This document shows positions 17,301-25,512 of a DNA stretch of 25,512 bases, piece after piece. Every line of letters starts with the position of its first letter. The first letter of the stretch is position 1. Made by a program: the position numbers and the translations under genes. This DNA is from a virus. Its lineage: Duplodnaviria; Heunggongvirae; Uroviricota; Caudoviricetes. Below the pieces are notes generated by a model. It was not told the origin of the DNA. It saw nothing but the letters and a program-made list of their open reading frames with translations, and made no database searches. Location: the IMG/VR virus record IMGVR_UViG_3300029461_000006; one strand, written 5' to 3'.

Positions 17301-20300
17301 TGATCCGGCGATAGTACAGGTCCATGTCAGTACATACGCGGTCCATATCCCTGATTATTGAGAAGATCGGACGGGCTTTCTCGTGCTCAATCACGCCGTC
17401 TTCATTGACCGAGGTCGTTACGCCATTGTTGGCTTTTGCTGCCGCTTCCGCCTGCTGACGTAATTCTTCATACGCCGCCAGTTGTTCTTCAGTAAGTGGT
17501 GCATCCTGCTGGTGCTCGTCCAGTTCCGGGATCTCCACGGTATCCTTAACGTCTTCCGCCGTTTTAAGCGTTGTCCAGCGATGGAATATGCCGCGCAGCG
17601 CATCAAGGTTTTCAAAGCCCACCAGCGCCATTTTTTCTTCAACTTCACCGCTGATTTTCTGTACCGTTTCCAGCCTGGTCTTGCCGAAGAATTTTACGAA
17701 GTCATCAGGACTGTAGATCCCCATCTTCTGCCAGTATTCCTTCGGCAGAACATGAGAAAGCATGTTGTATGCATCGATCGGGGTGTTAACGACTGGCGTT
17801 GCAGTCAGGAGAACCGGTCCGCGCCCACCATTCTTTTTCATCAGGTACGCGTTTTTAATTGCCATATCCCGCGCCGATTGCGCCACCGCGCTGGTGGGCA
17901 GATAGGCCAGTTGTGACGCTTCGCGACCATTTTTATAGCTATTGCGGTAGTTGTGACCTTCGTCAGCGATCACACTATCGAAGCCCATATCCTCAAAGTA
18001 CGGATACTTCTCTGCTTTTTCGGTGCCGGTATCTGAATACTCCGACAATACCCGGCGACGCGCGGCCTCTTTGCGGTGGGAGTCGGAGTCCATTGCGCTG
18101 GCTACGCGCCCGGCGGCAACGAAGTCATAAAGCATATCCTGTGCATGCTCATCTACGGTGTCATCACGTAGCGGAATGCGGGCGTATTGTTCTTTGGTAA
18201 ACACGACTGCACGGTAATTTGAGTGCGGGATCGCGTTCATCCGCGCCGTGATAGTGGCTTCATCTGCCAGCTTAAGAGCATCGCGCATAACTGGAGTGCC
18301 ATCAGTACCAAGAACAGGTTTACCGTTCTCATCGAGCACCGGCACCTGGCGAATCTGATCGCCATCCATCAGCACATCAAGACCGACGAACAGGTAGTTA
18401 CTGAATGCCTCTTCACTCAGGAATTCTTTTGCTTCGTAATACCAGTTTTCCAGCACTGATTTAGGCACTACATACGCAGTACGGGTGGAGCGACCGTTCT
18501 CATAGTTGAACGCCTCAAGCGCCAGCGCGGTCGTGGTTTTACCCAGCCCGGTGCCGAAGCCCAGGATGCCGCGCCCATCTTCGGACAGTCGGCGCACCTC
18601 GCTATTCTGGTAATCAAATGGCTGGCGCTTACCGCTTAATCCCTTCAACCCAAGCGGATCGCCAGAGTGTTCATACGGGATATTGCTATTGAACACATCG
18701 TTGTATTTGGCAACCAGCTCATCGTAGCGATCGTGCGTCTTGATCCACTTATTGAACTGGTCCTCAAGCAGTGCCATCTGCTCGCGGTAGCCGTTCGCCG
18801 TCGCGCTATCTTTGCCACCGATACGCGCACCATTGAGATACTTTTCCAGCTGTGCCGGGAACCCGGTCGCGTTTTCACCTGATTTACGGTCCCACTCGTA
18901 GCGGATCTCGCCTGTTTCTTTATCCTTGCGCTGGACGACACCGTATCGGTGCCCGACGAACAGACCATCACCACCGTGATAGGTGTCAGAAACCATTTCG
19001 TCGCCTTCCAGCTGCACTGACTGCACATAGCGAAGATCCGGATAGCCGTTTTCCTGCAAAAATTCCAGAATGACGGAACGGTCGAACCAACGGCTATTGA
19101 GCTTAAAGCGGATATTCTCTGCTGGCGTCTTGATGCGCTTCTCTTCGATCGCTGCCAGCTGATTAAGGACGTTGTTCTTTACTGGACCGTCGGGGAGTGT
19201 GGCAAGGAATTCCTGTTTTGGTACCACTATCTCGTTAATGTCGCCGCTGGTGGCGCGGGCGAACGGAACAATCCCGCCATACGGTGAAACCGCAATGCCA
19301 GGGGTGCTGGCCAATAAATTAAGCAACTCGTCATCACTGGCTGGCAGTTCGCCGGTAAACGCAAGGCGGAAATCATCGAGCTGGATTGGATCGCGAGTGA
19401 GATCACTGTAGAGATAACGCAGGGTGTCCTGATAGCTGGTGGAGTCATAACTGGCGCTGGAATCATGCGTAACCAGTTTTCCTGTCAGCTCGTCAGAAAT
19501 AGTGCCATCCAGCTTAATTGCACCACGGAAAGCAAACCAGGCGCGCGCACCGCTCCCCGATAATTTCGCTATCGGACCGCGACCGGGGTTACCAAAACGG
19601 TCAATCTCTGCCTGCAAACGGGATACCAGAGAAAGGCGCTGCTGTTCGATTTGTTCAGCACTATGCCCGGCGGCCTTCATGTCCTGATATTCAATTAACA
19701 TCCGGCCAATCATCGCCCCGCGATACAAGCGTTCACGGTATTTTTCAGGCTGGCTGTTAATCCAGTCCACCAGCTGCACCATATCGTCGCTGATTGATGT
19801 GGTGTACTTATCGCGGACATTTGCCATCTGGGTAAATGTCATACCGAGACGGCCTTCTGTTGTAGTCAGGTTACGCTGAAGAGCCTCCCAGCTGTCCGCG
19901 CCATAACTGGCAACATCAATCTTCAGCTCCTTCCCTGCATCAGCTTCAATCCAGCGACCACCAGCATATTTTTGCCATACGCCATTAATCAGGCGCATTT
20001 CCCCTTCATCAACAACGTCTGCGGTCGGTGACGGTTCAGCCATATTGAGCAAAGACCAGTCGATACGACTTTCGAAACGATGAATCAGCTTCGCTTTAAG
20101 AGCCTGGTTATCAATCTGCCCGTCGGCACGAACCTCAATACGCCCCTGGAATCCCTTCTCCTGAGTGCCATGAACAAACCGGCGGCCGTCCTTTTCAAAC
20201 CACTTGCCAGAAATAAACGTTGGCCAAAGCACATTTGCCGATTCAAGAGTGCTTTCATCCACCAGGGGGATTTTCTCAGCCATCTCTGCCGGATGTTTGC

Positions 20301-21117
20301 GCATCAGCACCACATCAACGACTGTACTGGTCCCGTTTGCGTCAAAAGTACCGGTAGGCAAGCGGTGAGCACCAAGAAATTCAGCTTTCCGTGATAGGCG
20401 CAGGCGTAACCGCTTCATGTTTGAACCTGAAACAATGGACGGCGGCACAATCACGCACATGAATCCGCCTGGCTTTATCTTGTCCAGCATGCGGAGCATG
20501 AAGTAAGAACCCATGTCCGTTTCTTCTGCGTAAGGCTTATCGATGTTGCGTGTGTTATCACGACCACCGAACGGAACGTTACCCACAACATGGTCGAATG
20601 AATCGTTAGGCGTGCTTACAGCCAGCTGTTCGAACGGGGAAATCTGTACGCTGTCTTCCGGGTGTAACAGCTGGTTTATACGACCGGAAACACTGCTGAT
20701 CTCAGTCGCAGTCATCACCGTACCAACCGGTTTTGTCTCATTAAAAACGCCGGTGCCCGCCGATGGTTCCAGAGTGTTACCTACGTCCGCGCCGTAGAGC
20801 TTCATGATCTCCCAGACACCTTCAGCGATCGGCTTTGGTGTGTAATATTCGGAGACGGACCCGCCAATGCCGCCTTCACCGGTGTACCCAGCCAGGATCT
20901 GGCGCTGTTCATCTGTCAGTGTCGCGCCGTCCACCAGCGAATTAAGCAAATCTATCGCCTTCTGATTCGCCTCCCGGCGCAGTCGGTCATAGCTTTTGCC
21001 TTCCACCTTTTCCACGCCGTATTTAATCGGCGCTCGGTGAGATGTTATTGCCCTAATGTATTTCAATATTTCGCTGACACTTGAACAGCGAAACACCCCC
21101 ATAGATAGCTTGTTCAT
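14350..21117 (-). CDS. darB: DarB antirestriction protein (giant methyltransferase-helicase fusion)
   Basis: 2255-aa ORF, the length of P1 DarB; N-terminal methyltransferase-like NVPF motif (GNVPFGG), SF2 helicase Walker A (GFGTGLGKTT) and DEGH box (VIADEGHNYRN); AAGGA RBS. Confidence 0.9.
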   Translation of the reverse strand: MNKLSMGVFRCSSVSEILKYIRAITSHRAPIKYGVEKVEGKSYDRLRREANQKAIDLLNSLVDGATLTDEQRQILAGYTGEGGIGGSVSEYYTPKPIAEGVWEIMKLYGADVGNTLEPSAGTGVFNETKPVGTVMTATEISSVSGRINQLLHPEDSVQISPFEQLAVSTPNDSFDHVVGNVPFGGRDNTRNIDKPYAEETDMGSYFMLRMLDKIKPGGFMCVIVPPSIVSGSNMKRLRLRLSRKAEFLGAHRLPTGTFDANGTSTVVDVVLMRKHPAEMAEKIPLVDESTLESANVLWPTFISGKWFEKDGRRFVHGTQEKGFQGRIEVRADGQIDNQALKAKLIHRFESRIDWSLLNMAEPSPTADVVDEGEMRLINGVWQKYAGGRWIEADAGKELKIDVASYGADSWEALQRNLTTTEGRLGMTFTQMANVRDKYTTSISDDMVQLVDWINSQPEKYRERLYRGAMIGRMLIEYQDMKAAGHSAEQIEQQRLSLVSRLQAEIDRFGNPGRGPIAKLSGSGARAWFAFRGAIKLDGTISDELTGKLVTHDSSASYDSTSYQDTLRYLYSDLTRDPIQLDDFRLAFTGELPASDDELLNLLASTPGIAVSPYGGIVPFARATSGDINEIVVPKQEFLATLPDGPVKNNVLNQLAAIEEKRIKTPAENIRFKLNSRWFDRSVILEFLQENGYPDLRYVQSVQLEGDEMVSDTYHGGDGLFVGHRYGVVQRKDKETGEIRYEWDRKSGENATGFPAQLEKYLNGARIGGKDSATANGYREQMALLEDQFNKWIKTHDRYDELVAKYNDVFNSNIPYEHSGDPLGLKGLSGKRQPFDYQNSEVRRLSEDGRGILGFGTGLGKTTTALALEAFNYENGRSTRTAYVVPKSVLENWYYEAKEFLSEEAFSNYLFVGLDVLMDGDQIRQVPVLDENGKPVLGTDGTPVMRDALKLADEATITARMNAIPHSNYRAVVFTKEQYARIPLRDDTVDEHAQDMLYDFVAAGRVASAMDSDSHRKEAARRRVLSEYSDTGTEKAEKYPYFEDMGFDSVIADEGHNYRNSYKNGREASQLAYLPTSAVAQSARDMAIKNAYLMKKNGGRGPVLLTATPVVNTPIDAYNMLSHVLPKEYWQKMGIYSPDDFVKFFGKTRLETVQKISGEVEEKMALVGFENLDALRGIFHRWTTLKTAEDVKDTVEIPELDEHQQDAPLTEEQLAAYEELRQQAEAAAKANNGVTTSVNEDGVIEHEKARPIFSIIRDMDRVCTDMDLYYRRITYRFLPEYADAVQQLADSLPKQATSEDDDSDDSITQQSQYSLIDKGEFIQLQVPEAFEQEVNKRLARFGIDEQTVTHPVTPKYAKLIATLKEFFPEGKQIIFTDEKTQHQKLKRIICNALNLEPSKVGILNAQTVAEAGKTGKKLKAVKPPKELPDEPTDAQIAKYNEQMALYDAYIAQQNEMSLGGLEKIAADFQEGRTPIIICNKKAEVGINLHRGTTDIHHLTLPWTPASIAQRNGRGARVGSNRASVRVHYYCGKGSFDEYRLKTLKRKAGWISDILRSDKSEMENADANDMIEMQMYTAKDDGERLAMMQVQMDKAKAAQRARQKEQATIDLQNYIKAQHAAGEDVEVLTAELERSKAELEKTTAEVAKFKQAVMAKAADNADWKARWGSVHHTDRMLLAQYRASLKNAIQRKANISQAISRYEKLLNRTQKAATDIKRLRPLVEDAINKGILDVDPDLVNHASEFLVIGDRSWRVGQYYDCAGDIVRIKSLDFDSQRADVEIIFTFKGTKSGNWDVKTLDKQVDVTPDEDAVMQKISGGVSIAGINDIISCDDFYRFQQRGMIKITDSYGVQTTESGYSIDFVGTYTDPLKHAVYPDRRDGALKSSIAKWVLGMMSEGNNRQIRSAETFLVELFGSNYGDVIASYGDTLSPEAIQEKIADAIARMPEKTSQGATRNGDSELEVTNAIFGTNEFRASDYEITTAQFGTIGIYSNKAEIKQAMDAASARIAAEREANLNHAVAALTQSWVTAIREAATTGKITPAIADVVNNGSKFMDAYQMDAVKLPSAYGQLSYRMTYNLVSMFSDLAILGLVDLNEVTPELLSMRKNHVEILQRINTVLAGRTDEEKQADADRINLTLGNITEEEIAARNEKQEELSSIQGDATSIAQSLGLNYRVSTADLKMMYAPKFAAGEVFGLQEASGMKGVLFRAKDAIKAKFGARWLPAKAKNSDFPGNWWIIETKHNVADVLAVIQQYA

Positions 21118-21127
21118 TGGTAATCCT

Positions 21128-21148
21128 TAACAAGTGACTAGTGTTAAA
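21128..21148. promoter_or_regulatory. Near-palindromic element TTAACAAGTGACTAGTGTTAA in the darB/prt divergent intergenic region
   Basis: Perfect 6-bp outer arms (TTAACA/TGTTAA); shares the ACAAGTGA core with sites upstream of mat and lyz. Candidate shared late-promoter element. Confidence 0.35.
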
Positions 21149-21183
21149 TTCCGTTCAAACACGATGTGAATTATTCTAATTAA

Positions 21184-23914
<2,731 letters not shown>

Positions 23915-23925
23915 CCACCAAAAAT

Positions 23926-23947
23926 AACCCCGGCGGCTGCCGGGGTT
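23926..23947 (-). terminator. Hairpin (CCCCGG-loop-CCGGGG) with a T-rich tract on the minus strand; terminator for the lyz transcript
   Basis: On the minus strand the hairpin is followed by TTATTTTT; lies between the convergent pro (stop 23914) and the small minus-strand ORF (stop 23959). Confidence 0.5.
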
Positions 23948-23958
23948 CTCGTTAACTA

Positions 23959-24213
23959 TTATCGCCTTCTCCTGCGTGCCATATATTTGCGCACCGCGCG
24001 GCGTGGACAATCTGAAGCGGTTTCTTTCTGCTGCATCAATCTTGCAGCCATGCTCAAAAATGTCAGGCACAGCCGAAGCCCGGCATACAATAGCGGTTCC
24101 AGTGGCCACGTCTCATTGAGCACATATACCGCCATGAAAATCGAGTCAAAAACTATCGCCGCCAGCGATAACTTCATTGTCGAAAGTCGGCGGAGCTGCC
24201 GGAGTTTATTCAT
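23959..24213 (-). CDS. Small predicted membrane protein (holin-like?) coupled to lyz
   Basis: 84-aa ORF whose ATG overlaps the lyz stop (ATGAATAA); two hydrophobic stretches (LSLAAIVFDSIFMAVYVL; LLYAGLRLCLTFLSMAARL) and a very basic C-terminus (RRAVRKYMARRRRR); followed by the minus-strand terminator. Confidence 0.35.
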   Translation of the reverse strand: MNKLRQLRRLSTMKLSLAAIVFDSIFMAVYVLNETWPLEPLLYAGLRLCLTFLSMAARLMQQKETASDCPRRAVRKYMARRRRR

Positions 24214-24763
24214 TGACCAGTCCCGTCAGGCAAAGCTGGCGTTCTTTTTCACGGCGAATCTTTAAACCTCGCAGGGGCACGCCGTTACTGTTCACGAAAT
24301 CAGGGAGATGGTTACACATATTCACCCATTCCCCTTTCTGCGCCCACTTGTGGATGGACGTTTCTACTCGCATGCCTCGCGCTTTGCTGTAGTAGGTCCG
24401 TAAGCTATTGCATCCCATATTGAATGCCGCGCTTGTCATTGCACTGAAGGCATTATCGGGCATGTCTTTGCCCCGGAAGTGCTGATTAATACAGCGTTCA
24501 GCGATCAGGATATTCTTTTCCCAATCAGCGGCGATTTGCTGGTCTGTTTTTCGCACACCCGGCGTTACCCCGTGTGTATTACCGATCCCGTCAGTCCATA
24601 CCCCTGCCGGGCACATGTATGGATCACGTCGGCAACCTTCAGCGTTACCAATCAGCTCAAGCCCCGCCTGGTTGGTTCGCACATTGCCATTACCCATCAC
24701 GATGGTAATCATCACCGCGATAGCGCAAATTGCACCGCCTCCTGCGGCTGTTTTTCCCTTCAT
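24206..24763 (-). CDS. lyz: Lyz, SAR-type endolysin (lysozyme)
   Basis: 185-aa product from MKGKTAAGGGAICAIAVMITIVMG… (Gly/Ala-rich SAR-like N-terminus) with a GAGGT RBS; the track's longer 218-aa start is probably an extension. Confidence 0.88.
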   Translation of the reverse strand: MKGKTAAGGGAICAIAVMITIVMGNGNVRTNQAGLELIGNAEGCRRDPYMCPAGVWTDGIGNTHGVTPGVRKTDQQIAADWEKNILIAERCINQHFRGKDMPDNAFSAMTSAAFNMGCNSLRTYYSKARGMRVETSIHKWAQKGEWVNMCNHLPDFVNSNGVPLRGLKIRREKERQLCLTGLVNE

Positions 24764-24863
24764 AAAGACCTCATAAGCGAATTTTTTACGCTCCAGGACA
24801 AACACCCATTCACAGCCAATACCGACTGACTCGATCCCTTTAGAAGGCACAGGATAATGCAAA

Positions 24864-24873
24864 TCACTTGTTA
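24864..24873 (-). promoter_or_regulatory. TAACAAGTGA motif upstream of lyz (candidate late-promoter box)
   Basis: Reverse complement of TCACTTGTTA; same core as at 5543-5552 and 21128-21148. Confidence 0.3.
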
Positions 24874-24896
24874 GCTACGTTTCAAAGATATACATT

Positions 24897-24913
24897 ATTG
24901 CTCTAATTATTTT
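24897..24913 (+). promoter_or_regulatory. C1 operator in the lyz/ssb divergent intergenic region
   Basis: ATTGCTCTAATTATTTT, 15/17 to consensus, 20 nt upstream of the ssb start. Confidence 0.65.
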
Positions 24914-24932
24914 ATTTTATTAGGTAAGAAAA

Positions 24933-25421
24933 GTGGCACAACGCGGTGTAAACAAAGTCATCCTGATTGGTACCCTGGGGCAAGACCCGGAGATCAGGTA
25001 TATACCAAATGGCGGCGCGGTCGGAAGACTCAGCATCGCAACGAATGAATCATGGCGCGACAAGCAAACGGGCCAACAGAAAGAGCAAACAGAATGGCAT
25101 AAAGTCGTTTTGTTCGGAAAACTTGCTGAAATTGCGAGTGAGTATTTACGAAAAGGTTCTCAGGTCTACATCGAAGGGAAACTTAAAACCCGTAAGTGGA
25201 CAGATGACGCCGGTGTAGAACGTTACACGACGGAAATTATCGTCAGCCAGGGCGGCACCATGCAAATGATCGGCGCTCGCCGTGACGATTCACAGTCCTC
25301 AAATGGCTGGGGGCAATCAAACCAACCTCAAAACCACCAGCAATACAGTGGTGGCGGTAAACCTCAGAGCAACGCCAATAACGAACCTCCAATGGACTTT
25401 GACGACGATATTCCGTTTTAG
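24933..25421 (+). CDS. ssb: Single-stranded DNA-binding protein (SSB)
   Basis: 162-aa product closely resembling E. coli SSB (…[20 protein letters not shown]…[41 protein letters not shown]…, acidic C-terminal DFDDDIPF); GTG start with an AGGTAAGAA RBS. Confidence 0.9.
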   Translation: MAQRGVNKVILIGTLGQDPEIRYIPNGGAVGRLSIATNESWRDKQTGQQKEQTEWHKVVLFGKLAEIASEYLRKGSQVYIEGKLKTRKWTDDAGVERYTTEIIVSQGGTMQMIGARRDDSQSSNGWGQSNQPQNHQQYSGGGKPQSNANNEPPMDFDDDIPF

Positions 25422-25461
25422 AGTTAACTTGTGAGTTATTTGTAAAGAATCCATACGCAGG

Positions 25462-25485
25462 CCCCTGTTAATTCAGGGGTTTTTT
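25462..25485 (+). terminator. Rho-independent terminator downstream of ssb
   Basis: CCCCTG-TTAATT-CAGGGG followed by TTTTTT. Confidence 0.7.
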
Positions 25486-25512
25486 GTTTCTATCGTCGGA
25501 AAAAGTGTCTTG

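Noticed and set aside
14481-20797. About twenty plus-strand ORFs of 60-144 aa inside the darB region
   Set aside because: They all lie antisense within the single uninterrupted 2255-aa darB ORF, which has coherent motifs and a good RBS; they are shadow ORFs.

Overview
This window is the immunity/recombination/restriction end of a P1-like (Punavirus) phage-plasmid, with one non-canonical insertion. Read left to right: a 5'-truncated icd and an antirepressor gene (ant copy A, carrying a 31-nt N mask), convergent with the c1 repressor; coi; two C1 operators; a perfect 34-bp loxP; cra and cre; a C1 operator and a c8-position ORF; tandem C1 operators and ref (HNH); mat; a small divergent lipoprotein gene; a complete ImmI-type module (C1 operator, a1/b1 boxes, c4 antisense RNA, a2/b2 boxes over the icd RBS, icd, ant copy B); a truncated lxc relic; the type III restriction-modification genes res and mod (minus strand); lxc, ulx and the 2255-aa darB (minus strand); then prt, pro, a small membrane ORF coupled to the SAR endolysin lyz, and ssb. 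Gene identities rest on recognising the translated proteins and on hallmark motifs I can read directly (loxP, the ATTGCTCTAAT operator core, Walker A and DEPH/DEGH boxes, DPPY). No database search was run. The most interesting signals are, first, the duplicated and relocated ImmI/antirepressor module, which brings ImmC, ImmI and ImmT (lxc) within about 14 kb; second, the res-mod cassette bracketed by about 110-bp direct repeats, one of which is a nonsense-disrupted lxc 3' relic whose differences from lxc are almost all synonymous; and third, two small envelope-protein candidates (the lipoprotein beside ImmI and a holin-like ORF coupled to lyz). I found no CRISPR array, rRNA or tRNA.
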